A stretch of 64,000 nt of DNA from Schmidtea polychroa (taxonomy: Eukaryota). The position numbers and the translations under genes were made by a program. Positions 1-55,300 of the stretch are shown one piece after another. The stretch lies in the NCBI GenBank assembly GCA_044892525.1, contig CM097885.1, positions 46,378,001-46,442,000 on the forward strand. Reading direction: 5' to 3'. The notes beneath the pieces are model-generated. The model searched no databases, was not told where the DNA came from, and worked only from the letters and a program-made list of their open reading frames with translations. The number at the start of each line of letters is the position of its first letter. The stretch's first letter is position 1.

Positions 1-41694
<41,694 letters not shown>

Positions 41695-41800
41695 CATTAA
41701 ATTTTACCAATGAAGCCAATGTGATAGATTTTCTGGTGCAATTTTTTTATAGAATAATTACAATTTTTTCTACCAAATATTCCTCTTTTATTAGAATTTT

Positions 41801-41965
41801 AATAAATAAATTACAGAATACAATTATTTATTCTTTTATTTTCATTAAAATATTATCAATAAACAACAGATTTTCTTTAGTTCTTTTCCGAGTTCGCCAT
41901 GCCCTAAATTTACAATACATGATTATATTTTTGTTAAATTAAATTTATTAAGCATGTTGAATAAA
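41801..41965 (+). terminator. candidate poly(A) signals of unc-13
   Basis: AATAAA at 41801 and 41960 downstream of the stop codon. Weak evidence in AT-rich DNA. Confidence 0.35.
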
Positions 41966-42090
41966 TAAATAAGTATATCGAGTTAAAACCAGTGATGAAA
42001 GTCGGAGTTCGAATTAAGAATTAAAAAAACATAAATCCCATAATTTAAAATGTTTTATCTAGTTACGATGAAGATTGTAAATGGTTATAT

Positions 42091-42729
42091 TGTTGAGTTT
42101 TCAAATAAATAAATATTAAAGTTAGTGTTTCTGACTCCACGTGTTCTATAAAAAATATTAGACAAACAATAATCAAAGTATATTTGTATTCAAATTCGTA
42201 TAATCTACACTTTACAAAACTTCAAATATCGCAATAAAATACTTATTCAATAAGTCTCGCTGTGACCTCTTTAGTTCGGCAATAACAATCACCTCTTTTC
42301 CTAAATCTTTTGATTTAACTTGATCGTTTTTTCTCCATGTTCTGATTTCCACAATTTTCTCTTAATGAGGCAAAATCCCGGTTGTTTCTAAATTTGAGTT
42401 GCTTTTTTATAGTTAAAATAATCGCATTGATTAGTGTCATTTTAACTATGTCATCTCGATTGGAATATATTTGTCTTTTTCCGTTTTCCCATTACTCATA
42501 TTGTCATGAAAATGGTTTTCCAACATCGGTATTGTTTACTTAACTCGAGCTTTCCTTAATTAATTAATGATTTTCTATTTTTGTACCTTTCCTTTTCGGA
42601 ACATATTCTGATAAATCCATTATCACCCATGATCTCATCCGCACCTAACCCGTTTTTCAAATTTTAATTCAATGATTTCTTGATTTTTTATTTTCAAAAT
42701 TCCTTATTTTAAATTTAACAACCCCAACA
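42091..42729. mobile_element. probable solo LTR
   Basis: TGTTG...CAACA ends, flanks TATAT/TATCT; shares CTGACTCC, CTGATAAATCC and TTAATTAATTAA blocks with 43379-44433. Confidence 0.55.
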
Positions 42730-43138
42730 TATCTTGCCTTGTCATTGTCATCCTAGAAATGCATATTACCTTGTTAGACCCAATTTTAGACTTTGAAAAT
42801 CGGGTAAAACACAAATACCATGACCATGAATTTGTAAAATTCATTTAAAATTGAGAAAATGAATTTTGATGAAGATATTTCAAATTATTTCAACTACTGC
42901 ACAAAATTGACGAAAATAAAATAATTGGAATAAAAAACACTTAAACAATAAAAAGAAAATTACTCATTAATATTATTCAGAAATTACTATTTATCCTCAA
43001 CGTTACAAGTTATAATAACTAATGTTTCAGTATCAAAATTAATTGTTTCGTGAATCTAGGAAATAATAATAATTCACTGTCATAATTTATAATTCACTAT
43101 TTCAATATCAAATTGTAATCAATTTTTCAGTAGTTTAA

Positions 43139-43363
43139 CCCCTTAACGCACAATTTTAAAAAAACGACCAAAAAAATCAATTGTTTTTCTTTAAGAAAAT
43201 ATATATTTGGACCAATTTCAATAAATAATATAATGTAACAATAAAATAATAATATTTATTAGCTGAAAAATAATAAACTAAAACTATTCAAAAACTATCA
43301 CGTCACTGCACATTTTCTCCGGTTTTGCGCGAACGTATATATACGTCAGTGCGCGTTAAGGGG
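43139..43363. mobile_element. piggyBac-like MITE
   Basis: TTAA|CCCCTTAACGC ... GCGTTAAGGGG|TTAA. Confidence 0.85.
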
Positions 43364-43378
43364 TTAACATAGTGCATG

Positions 43379-44433
43379 TGTTGGGTTTTGGATTATTTCA
43401 AGTCGGTTCTCTCTGACTCCTGTGTTCTTTAAATCAAAACAATGAACGACCCAACGTATATTGAAACAACAGGTTCACAATTTATTGTCACGCTACAATT
43501 ACCAATCAAAGTTTTATACGATTCTCCGCTCGGTGTTGATGCTTTGATAAAGATAATATTCACCTTTTAGTTTCTTTGGTTCTCTTGACCAACGTTTTCC
43601 TCTTTTTCTGTTTGATTTGATCCTTTTCACGCTTTTTATTCTTATTCTATCTCTTCTTTTCCTTAATCTCCTAGATTCGTTTTCGCCTTTTCCTAATCCC
43701 AGTTTCTTCTTACCCTACCTGAGGCAAAATGCCGATTTTCTCTGATTTTCCCTTTCCTTAAATACTCCTCGAAATCGGGATGACAAATGGTTATTGCCGA
43801 GCCAATCCTTCGTTTGACATTTTCTCCTACGTGTTTGCTTCGGCTGTCATCCATAATGGTCCAACGAATCCAGATAATTAATGGCCCTACCAGTCTTCCT
43901 ACGCGCGCTATCTTCTCCTTACTCTTTTCCCATTAATCATTGTGTCAAGCTAATGGGCCCAAATCTTCCTTTTGTTTGCCTTTCTTCTTGTTTACCCAGC
44001 TCGGGTTTCCTTTATCTCTCGGGTTCTCCATTGGCTCGTGTTTCCCATTAGCTCGGGTTTTCCATTAGCCAATTAATTAATTAATTAACGTTTTATGTTT
44101 TCATACGTTTGAATGTTTTTCGACCCTTCCTAACCCTTTTCTGATAAATCCCTAACCATCATCTTGTTGACCATTAGCTAATCTATACCTGTCCCATTTT
44201 TCCCATTCGATTTCGATGATTTTTCGATTTATTGATTTTTCTCGGATTTCCGGATTCTCGCCTTTCGTAATTGCTTTTTGCATTTTCTAATACTGTTTCC
44301 ATCACACTTTCCTTTACTATTGATTCTGTACACGATCCCGCTTTTATTTGCCTTTTTTCCTCGCTTACTTTCCATTTGAATTATTATCCTAAATTTTATT
44401 TAAATTTTTAATTTTAATTTACAGACCTCAACA
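43379..44433. mobile_element. solo LTR (Gypsy-like)
   Basis: CATG|TGTTGGG ... CTCAACA|CATG (4-bp TSD), no internal coding sequence. Confidence 0.75.
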
Positions 44434-45479
44434 CATGTGTGTATGAAGAAACATAGTGCATGTGTGTATGAAGAAACACAGACTTGCTATCATGCTGAAA
44501 TGTTCTCGATAGGACGATTGATCGGTTCGTATCATAATAAATTTGGTTTTATCGCTTCATTTGTGTACACACAAATAATGTTTAACGTCACACCCACATG
44601 CATCATAGACGGATATATTTTTGTTATAATTAACATAACAAAAAAAAATTGTTGAATTAATTATGTGTATGAAAACATTACCAAACCGATTGCGCCCGTA
44701 ATCAATTTTATTATAATCTTAATTATGTCTAAAAACGACAACAAAAATAATTAACAAAAAGAAATTGTCAAATATTTATTATGTGTTTGAAAACATTATT
44801 GCAGAGCCAATGGAGTTCGTAATCAATTTTATTATCAAATTAATTAATACTGGTTGGTTACAGGTAAGCAAACATTTTACCTTGTGCTATTTCCAGAATA
44901 ACCCAGGATACAATTATGTAACAATTATTGAATTGTTTGGTAATGACAAAGTAGTCGCTATGAGTTTGTTTCAGAGCATTTTCTTTTTCGTTACAAATTT
45001 CTGCTGACCAGGTCGAGTGTATCAAGTGTTGTTTCAGTATATCAGCCTAAAATCATTGTTATTTCAATGCTCAATCTTGATCATTTTTCACAGATCGTTG
45101 ATCGGGTTGAGGAAACGAGTGGTTTTGTTTGTGAAAGACATCGGTAATTCAAAATAGTTGGAGTAGGATATAAGTAAGATAGGTCCTAGGAAAAGTAAAT
45201 CAGATAAGACCTTCCATTGGTCGTCCGTAAACATTAGTGGTGGGGCATTAGAAGTTTCATTTGTGAAATCTGACCTCTTTGTGTATAATCTCACATTTGG
45301 CATAATACCAAATTGTCTAGCAATGGATGTATTATCGTTATTATTTTTGTGGGTTGATGGGAAGCAGTGATTATGGGTAAATGGACACCGACTAACTAAC
45401 TGTATGAGAATAAGGAAGAATAATATAGGTTTAACAAATAAAATACTATGGAGTATTTAAGAATTAGTGATCTTATAAT

Positions 45480-47710
45480 TAGAGTTTCTGTCTCAAGAAT
45501 TTCTCTCCCGGAATTTTCGAGAAAACTAATTTATTTGTTTTTCTGTTTTCCCGAGATTTTTTTATACTATATTTCGGGTTTCACGAGAAATATTTTCTCG
45601 AGAAAAAAATATATTTTATGTTCAAAAATCGAAATTTAAGCAACCGCTGTAAAAATTGTTTGGAAATAATTGAACTTACGTTTTGATTTTCGAGTCTCGA
45701 GTAGCAATATACTTGACTTTCTGTCGAACTTAAATTTTCAGCTAGAAAGTCATATAACAAAAAAATTGTCAGTTGTCAATTGTCATTGTGCTAATTTCAG
45801 AAGAAACTACAATTATCTTTGCAAGTAATATATTTTGTGTTCCATTTTGATTTTCGTATACATTGAATTTATATTTGTTTCTAGAATATTATTAAATTAT
45901 TGTGGCTGAAGAACTGATTTCAATTCGATTCAAATATTATAAAAATATAATTATCGATCCAGAAATTTCCATATAAAATTATTATAACATAATGAAATAA
46001 TTATATATGGATGGAAATGGAAGTTAGTATTGTTAAGATATAAAATCTACTACAAGATGCTACTACAAGTGATTGTGTGAGTGTGATGATAAAATTCGGT
46101 AAACTTTCACCAGCATATCAACAATTATGTTATTATCATACAGTGCATTTAGCTGTTATTTCAACATTTTATCAAAAAAGTTTTAGCTTTAGTGTCCAAA
46201 ATAGTGATAGTGGTTGCTCCGATTCATCAGAAGATGAATATGACTGGCAATATTCTATTGATGATACTGATAGTAGATCAACTGCAGCTACTGAATTTAA
46301 TTTAAAATTTACTATTATATAAAAAATACGAACTATCGTTAAAATGTTTAAAAACTCGCCTTTAAGAAATGCTCTACTGCAAAATTACGTAGAAGAAGAA
46401 GAGAAACAAGAATTACAATGTATATTAGACGTGAAGACACGATGGAATTCAATTGAAATAATGATTGAAAAGTTTTTAAGAATTAAAAGTCCAATAATGA
46501 AAGATTTAAAAGATTTAATTTCAGAGCATTTGTGGAATCCTACCATTGATGAAGTGCTAACTTATGATATATTAAATGCTTTGAAACCAGCTAGAGTATC
46601 TGTTGAAGCACTCCAGTCGTCGTGATATGAATTTATTATCTTTTGAAGGTTTACTAAAATTTTTATTTACAACTCTTAAAAATAACAAGACTACAATAGG
46701 TGCATCTCTTTTAAAAGAAATAAAAACTCAAATATCAAAAAGAAGAGACGTATCACTGCTTAAATTTCTACTGGGTCATAATACTGTTTGTATTCCTGAA
46801 GATCAACATGAGTATGAGGATAATTTTTTAAATTAAGTTCTAAAAGTGATGAAGAGAACCAAATTGATTTTAAAACGATTGATTAAAAACACTGATGTGG
46901 ATATGGTAATAGAAAATGATGACGAAAATTGTATTACAATTACTAAAAAAATAATAATAATTCTAATATAAAAATATGTAATATGAGCAAGGAATTGGAA
47001 GAATATATTTTAAAAACACTGGCACCAAGCAAAATTGTGAGCGATGACGAATATTGTGTACTTTTCAAAGAAATAAGTATTTATGAAGCAACTGGAAATA
47101 TAACCTAAAATTTAAAAAACTAAAGGAAGCACTAATGACTATAAAACCTACTTCAACAGAAAATGAGAGAAATTTTTCTGTTTCAAACATTGCATCCAAA
47201 CTAAGAGGAAGTTTGACAGATAAACATTTAAATTGTCTTTGTTTTTTGAAAAATTATTTTCAAAAACATGAAAAATAATGTTTTATTGAAATTGTTAGTC
47301 CCTTTATTGTATTAGTTAGGACCAGTAGATTTTATGGTTATAATTTGCTTCCTTTATTTTTCATTTTTATTTTTTTTCAATAAATTGTATTTGTAATGAA
47401 AAAAATATATAGTTATGAATATTTTTTATGTATGAATATTTTTTATGTATGAATATTTTTTATTTAATTATTTTTAATGAATTATTTAATGTATAATTTT
47501 TGCTTTCAATTAAAGCAATACCAAAATACCATTTATTTGTTCGAATCTGTCTTATTTCGTGTAGTTTTTATATAGGAATTTTATTCGGGAAATCCCGAGA
47601 ATTCTCGAGAATTTTAAAAATTATCCCGATTCTCGAGAAATATATTTTTATCAAAAATGAGAATTCCCGAATCCCGAAAATTAAAAAATGTCGGGAAACC
47701 AGAAACTCTA
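45480..47710 (+). mobile_element. hAT DNA transposon, internally deleted and pseudogenised
   Basis: TIR TAGAGTTTCTG, TSD CTTATAAT/CATATAAT, CCCG/CTCGAGAA subterminal repeats; transposase motifs CYYHTVHLAV, LDVKTRWNS and PTSTENERNFS broken by stops and frameshifts (~46077-47276). Confidence 0.92.
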
Positions 47711-49168
47711 CATATAATATAGAAATATTAATTATTTTGATTTCAATATATTATTTATATTATATTAAATAAATTTATTGTATTATAGGGAATTTGTTTT
47801 TAATTAAAATATTTGCAAGATAAGTGTTATTATTGTTATTTTTAGTTTATTAATTTTTGTATTTTTTATTTATTAGTTAGTTATTTATTTATCATCAAAT
47901 TGTGAGATAAACAATAATTAAACAGTTGTTTATATATTGTAATAATTAAATAGTTTTCGAAAAATTTAATATATTAGTTTTGATTATTATTAATATTGTA
48001 TGAATCTAATATCTCGACCAAAGCAATCAAATTTGGCAATGCACAAAAATAGGTAGGGTATTATAAACATTACGAGCTTTGTGATACCGAGTGTGAAAGG
48101 GCAGAATTCACGTATAAGTTGAAACGGAACATTGCTAAATTGTATTTATCAGATTACATAATTTTTTAAATAAATATTTAAATTAATAAATTAAAGTAAG
48201 CTTAATATAAAAATAAATTAAACCAGCATTGAAATCAGCATCAAAATTAAAATAAAAGCCTCGAAGATATTTGTTTGAATATTATGAAAAAGCGCAGTTT
48301 TTGTGAATAAAATAAATTTTAGTGAAGTAATTTTATTTGGAAATTTTATTAATTGATTTTATGGATATTGAAAATGAGTTTGATGTTGTTGCGGCTAACA
48401 CAGTGCAAATCCCAAAAGCTTGAAACTAGTCTACTATTGGGATTTGCACTGGATATCACAAAGCTTGCAATGTTTATATTATTTTAATGTTAGACATCCG
48501 TAAAAAAATATTTTACACCATTACAGATCTTTATATGTAATTAGAAGATGAAAAACAAATAAGATAACATTTAGAAAACATCAATTCTTTTTAAAAAATA
48601 TTTGAAGGGTATAAAGTTCGTTTATTGATATAATATTTTTGAGATTTTGTTTGAGATTGAATCAAGAATTTTGGAAAAGAACAGAATGTTATTCGTAGAT
48701 ATTGATCAAATGTTTCCGATAAAGGAATCCAATGCAAAGATGATTATAAATCTTCTCCGTAAAAAAACAAAAAATCAGCATATAGTATTGAAGATTTTAG
48801 TAGAAGAATGAAACGAGCTATAAAAGACACGATAAAAGATAAAATAATAACTAAAATGAAAATTTTTAAGAGGTCTTTAAAATGACACTATTAGGAGTAC
48901 TTATGAGTAATTAAACCAAAACCCTAGATGACTCCGTGGTTTTAATTAAAAAATATGAATCAAAAGAATCAGAGCATGTTCGGAAATTGAATATGAAATG
49001 ACGAAATTGTATTTTCGATGTGTTACCACAAAATCATGTAAACAAAAATAATTCTAGTCAAATGGGCTAGAAAGTAATTAAATATTAATTACATTGGATA
49101 ATTAACTAAATTTGAAATGGATTTAATTAATTAAGCTGCAAATAAGCATGTACATTAACTTAAACCAG

Positions 49169-49388
49169 GTGAAGCTTAATTTGTTAATTAAGCTTCTGAT
49201 GGACATTATGTAAAATCACGTGAAGTTTAATACTTAATTTAACCTTCCAACAGTCAACAAGGTAAAGTTTTTTAAGATTGTAAACTTAAACTTCGTGAAG
49301 TTTAATTAGTTAATTAAGCTTCTGATGGACATTAAGTTAAATCGCGTGTGAATTTATAATTTAATTAAGCCTTCACTAGTCATTGACA
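49169..49388. repeat. ~126-bp-period imperfect direct repeat
   Basis: GTGAAG.TTAATT.GTTAATTAAGCTTCTGATGGACATTA at 49169 and 49295. Confidence 0.75.
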
Positions 49389-49399
49389 GAAACTACGTA

Positions 49400-50030
49400 A
49401 TAGAGGTGAATGATTGTAGTTTTGCATTCCGCATTTTCCTTTTATTTTTTGCGAGCTTAAGTTTAATTTGTTTGTTTTCGACTATTACTTCATCGAAGTT
49501 GCATATCAGTGTGCTCATAAGGCTATTTGTGATTTCGTTTATTTCAAGATTTTTGTTCGTACTGATTGGTCATTATTGTATGATTGGCTTTTGTACTGTT
49601 TTTGGGTGCTATAGATTATAGGGTTAATTTCTTCGTTGATTTGGTTACCTATGTCCGCTAATGTTTTAATATCTTCTTTGTAATTTGCGGCTAGTGATAT
49701 TTCTTGTGGCATGGTGAGCATGAAAAGTTTTTTAACCCACTCATCTGATCCTGAACCGTTAAAATTTGGTTGTATTTGCTCCATTTTGTGTTTTAATTAT
49801 CTGAGGAAATCGAAAGTTTTGTTGTCATACATTTGTGTGTTGTTTAGTCAGGACTCGAGCATTTGTCTTTTGTTTATTTTATTTTTTATATAAATGTGAC
49901 AAAGCTTGTTGTATGGATCTTCACTTTTTGAGATTTCATCTAATTGGTATGCTATTTCATTGAGCTTATTGCTAGGAAATGCTGCATAGAGTTTTTGTTG
50001 ATTTTATCCCTGACAGTGTTAAAAATATTT
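49400..50030 (-). pseudogene. Gypsy-like gag remnant
   Basis: LYAAFPSNKL..EDPYNKL..RQMLES*LNNTQMYDNKTFDFLR*LK..WVKKLFMLTMPQEI..IKTLADIGNQI resembles invertebrate Ty3/Gypsy gag; in-frame stops. Confidence 0.55.
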
Positions 50031-51247
50031 TGGCAAAATCTAGCAATTTTTGGAGTGTTTAGGACAGCCTACCCCATAAAAAAAATTTTCAAGGTAAAGT
50101 TTTAAACAAATTATTCATTCGTGGTAAATGTAGAATTATGGGATGTAAGGAAATAGTCAAAGCTAGTGAATATAATGTTTATTATTTAGAAATACAATCG
50201 ATAACATTAATTTCTGAATTTGGTTTTTCTTGTAATTTAAATAAGTTGGCAAATTATTACCACGCGTTTACGAACCAGAATTATTTCCAGCTTTGAGATA
50301 TATAAAATATAACTTTATGTGTGTTAAAATATCCGCTAGTGGTAAAATATTAAATCTTGGAATAAAATGGTGATAATATCACATCTGATATTAAATCAAT
50401 AATTGAAGGAAAAGAATTTTTAGATTTTTTATTAACACTTAATTGATTAAAAAGTTCATTTAAAAGAATCATGTGATTACAAGAGTGCAACTGAAATGCA
50501 TCATTCAGATTGGTCAAAATTGTGTTTCACACATGTCAATATTACTCTATTTTGTTGCCAACTGTGATGTATGCTGTTATTATTATTATGTTATTATTAT
50601 GTTATTATGCTATGTTATTATTTTGATAATTAAAATGATTAAAAATTTAAAATAAAAAAAAATCAATCAAAAACGAAATTAAAACAAAACTAAATCTTAT
50701 CAAAAGAAAATACGGAAGAGAATTCAACCAAAATTAATCAAGAATAGATTTGGAACACAAATTACAACTACATTTCAAATTCTACAAAACCGTACATTTA
50801 CAAGTTCACAGTCCCATAATTTTAGGTATTTGCTATCCTACAAAAACGTACATTTGCTGCAGAAATTTAGACTATTGAACTATAAAGCAATTTATAAATC
50901 GAGATCTCAAGATAAAGACAAGGTTGATTCATATATATTTGCTTAATAAAAGTTGTATAAGTTAATTAGTTGTGTTTTATTATTTTGGTTCAAATTAAAC
51001 ATTTGATATTATTATAATTGTAATAAATTCTCCCCATTTGTCAACACACACAAACACCCCTGCAGTCCCGAAACAGATTTTAAAGATGACTCTGCTGGGT
51101 TCTGACAACTTCTCTACAACATTAGAGTTAATAGTTTAAATTTACAAATATAGTTAAATAAGTTCCTAAGGAACATAAGTCAATATATAATTGGTTGGTG
51201 ATTGTTTAAAACAATCAACTTTATTTAATCATTCATTATTTCAAATA

Positions 51248-51548
51248 ATGTACAAAATTCCAAGCGCTGCAAAATCAATGACTGAAATTGATCGTTATGG
51301 TAAATTTTTAATTTATTATTTGCATTTTTTATAATTAGCTATTTTCAGATGAGTATTCTGTGATAATGATCGAGAGGTTAATATTCTATTATCCTAAACT
51401 GCAATTCATTCTAAAGGACCAGCCTACCGAGAAGATTCCGGACCTGGTTTATAATGAAACCAGGATCTGGATTTTCGAGCTGTTAAATCAATTCATGTGG
51501 GACGTGAAGATAAACAGAATGCAGAAAGAAATGTACAGAAAGAAATAG
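51248..51548 (+). CDS. small two-exon ORF (83 aa) of unknown function, probably TE/virus cargo
   Basis: ATG 51248-51299, 49-nt GT-AG intron, 51349-51548 in frame: MYKIPSAAKSMTEIDRYDEYSVIMIERLIFYYPKLQ...; upstream ATTGG, downstream AATAAA. Confidence 0.4.
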
Positions 51549-51960
51549 AGATTCCCTGCATCATCGGATGTCGCTGTTGTGCTGATATATATCAGCGATA
51601 TGTGGAATGGTTTGTAGTGAAGATAGAGTAAATTAGTTAAATAAATGTTTTGTTTTATTCTGTCTTTTTATTATATAGGTGACTGCAAATAATAATAATA
51701 TAAATAATATTATAAATTAGCTTACAAAAAAAAATAATAATAATAATACTTACAAAAAATAATATATAATAAAACATGTGACAATTATAATAATTAGCAT
51801 ATTCAATAATAACAGTTGATATTAACATATAATGAAACATGTGACAATGTAATATCAATGCATTTTGAATGTAATTAAAACAAAGACGTGCTGTAATCTG
51901 ATTGGATTATAGACAAGAGTTGAAGGTATAAAAACCTTTTCATTTTAATCATAATTCACG

Positions 51961-52303
51961 ATGACCAGGAAAATTTCAAGCACAGAAAAAAAAAGTTGTT
52001 GAAAAAGTTGTTGAAAAACTTGTACAACCTGTTCAAATGTTCCACAACTATAAAATGCGTTTTTTAAAAGAAATCAATATGAAATTGGTTGCCCCGAACA
52101 AGCTAAATCGAACTCAATTTCAATTCTTAGTTGGTACGCTTTCAATGATAGATATTAAATCTATTGATGAGGTTTTCAAACGGTTGAATTCAAATCTAGC
52201 ATGTAATCAACATGCATTTTTCAACAACCGATATGCAAGATATTATAATGTCTTTGACGAAATCTACTTCAAAGAAAACGAAAATTGGTATAAATTAGTA
52301 TAA
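51961..52303 (+). pseudogene. small unknown ORF with probable frameshift in an A-run
   Basis: CTGATTGG (51898) and TATAAAA (51927) upstream; MTRKISSTEKK/VVEKVVEKLVQPVQMFHNYKMRF... Confidence 0.35.
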
Positions 52304-55300
52304 AAAAAATTGCTATATAAAAAAAACTATTGCAATCCAAGGATATTAAGTTGATAATAATAATGTGTATTCTCCAATTTGGAAAATAATGTCTGCTAGA
52401 CTTTCACAACTATTTTAATTAAATGTTGATTTATTTAATAAATGTATTTAATCTTATTTGTTTTTCACTTGATTAACAAGAAAATTGCAACATTAATGCA
52501 AAACATATGCAAACTTTAACAAAGACAATCTATAAATAAACTTACATTATAGTTTTTAAAGTGTTAATAATGACTGTAGAAAAAAGGTAATATGATTAAT
52601 TAATTAACGAATTATTTATTGTTTAGAATTTTTAATCAACCTTTTTGTTGGAAAAACTAGCAGAAATATCCGGGGTAAAAAAGGACATATTAACTGTTTT
52701 AAACGCATTGTAATGTATAGTTATTTTTATTAATATTTTAGTGTTCACAATTAGGAATTGTGAATAGTATGGCACAAACTGCCACCATCTGGGAAATCGA
52801 GATTTTCAAAAAACTATATAGCGATAATTTACTATAGTAAATTAAAAATTAATTAAATGAAAAAGTCGATAAAAATTTAAAACTAGAAAACTACAGAAGA
52901 TTTTACAATTAACTTAACAACTGAAGAATTAAAAGATTTTTTTGTATTTTCCGAACAATCATAAAGAAAAACTCAAAAGAAAGACTAATAAGAGGATAAA
53001 TACGCAAACAATCAATTAGAATCAAAGGACAATCGTTATACTAAACCAACCAAATCCTGATAATCAGTGTCGTCTAATACTTATAGCACCAACTCCAAGA
53101 TACTAAAGTTCAGTTCAAGCTCTACAACGATAACTTTGAACTCGCTCCATTAGAACAGAACCAGCAGGAGTTTCCTAACTTAAAAACAATAGAATCGAAA
53201 TCTTCATTAATCGAAAGTCATTGCCCGATTCTGCAAATTCGCCCCACCCAGGCATCACCATAAAGGCTAATTAAGGTCTTTTAGTTTTTTCTAATAAAGA
53301 TTGAATTTATAACTTGTTGGTTATATTTAGTTAATTTTAGATTTTGATTATATTATTTTTATTTTATTTGTTATTATCTCACAAGCAAACTCAGCACGCA
53401 CCCCGATTGTCCCGCCACAAGTTTTAACGGAGACTCTTTCGGGTCCTTCAAATTTCTTAACAATAACAACAATTTCATACCACACACAAATATAATAAGA
53501 AAAATCTAAAATAACACGCATTAAATATGGGTTAGATAGCTGAGAGTGAAGATTCAGGATGAAGAAAACACTCAAGAAGTAGATTATGCGCAATGATAAC
53601 GATCCAAGCGTATGTAAAGATTTTACGGATTGTATCGATCAAAATGTTATGAAATGTGGAGATGAAGATTGTGAATGTATTAATAAATGTAGATTTATTT
53701 ATTTCATTTAAAAGTTAATAATGTATTTTTCTTTGGCTTGCTCTAATTCTTGAGCGTCCTGGGCAGGTTCGACGAGTGTGTGCCATCCTCCATTGGCATC
53801 TATTCATGGTGAAAACTTGGATTTAATTATCTAAATATTAATAAAATTAATAATTTAAAAATATAATAATTTACTTCTAGAGACCACTGATAATAATGGT
53901 CAGCATCGTAGACTTTTGTCTATAATAATCTTCATGTAAGTAAAACCTATGATTATTCTGGTCCACTTCATATGTTCATGGAAAATACTGTCGAAGGTCT
54001 TATTGAAATAAAATTTCTTCGTCTCCAGACATTCCATATTAAGCATGATCTGGTAGTCGATATGATTTCCCTCGATAATTTTCTAACTTCGTTTAACTAG
54101 GAAACTGAGGCTTTGGGCGATATTGTCATTGACCAAACCGTTTAAGATGTTTTCAACAACATTTGATAGTGAAATTGTACATTAATTTTAAATATACTGA
54201 TAATGTTTATGATTCTGATTGGTTAATATAGTATAAATGTAAAACATTAGAGATTTGATTTGTCTACAAACTTAATGCGTTATTTCTATTGCTACTGAGT
54301 GCAATGTATGTACGATGACGGAATATAACAATAACAGTGCAGTCTTCAAATAAATCAATATGTGTTGTCCAGATACCGCCAAGTTTATGGATATTTTAAA
54401 TATTATAGATAGACCAAACTGGTGAAAACCTCCAGGAAAAAGATTATCCGAAAGATTGGAGAATTTAGAAACCGGGAATGAACAATAATATGATGCTATT
54501 AGGGACATAAAAATTAAATGACATGATCATGTTGACCAGTTTAACAAATCAATAGTTGAAAATAAAAACGATATGAAAATTATTGTCATGAAACAGGATC
54601 ATTTGTTAAGAAGGATTGAATTATTAATAAGAGAAATTCGAACAATCAAAGGATCAATAGAATATCTGAAAACCGTTAACAATTCAACGTTATCAATTTC
54701 AAACAATATGGCATCGAATATGACTACATTAATATTTAGATTACTATTGTTAATTTTAAAGTATTTTATTGAAATCGAGCTGACCCAGCAAGATCAGGAT
54801 ATCTGGATACCTTTGCCCTGGACAAGCATATCAATTCAGTCGCTGCCAAAATTAAAGATTCAAAATCATAAAAACAAAATACGGACTCATGCATCACCCT
54901 GACTATAATTGACTCAATCATTGATTTCAAATTTATTGATATATGACGAAAAAATAAATGAATTAGATGATTTAAAAGCTTTTATTTTCGTTATGCGGAT
55001 TACAAATAAATTATACATTAACATAGAAGAGATGAAAACTAAAATGAAAACATGAAAATGAAATTTACTATAATATTCCACAGGTTTATCCCGAAAAATA
55101 ATTGACTGAAATGAGTGATCTGTTGAGCTGAAACGTAAGATGGATTCACTAGAATGATTGCAAATGATCGCGATGATATCTAAATTGGTTGAAGTTGAAA
55201 GATGAAAAAGTCGTCAGTGATTTATTTATATAGTATTTTCTGTTTTAAACCAATCAGGATTAATCAATTGGTTGTTTTATTATTTTTATTTTTAACTATT

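Noticed and set aside
45088..45303. ORF resembling a PLE N-terminal region (LFLGP)
   Set aside because: Similarity too weak to call by eye
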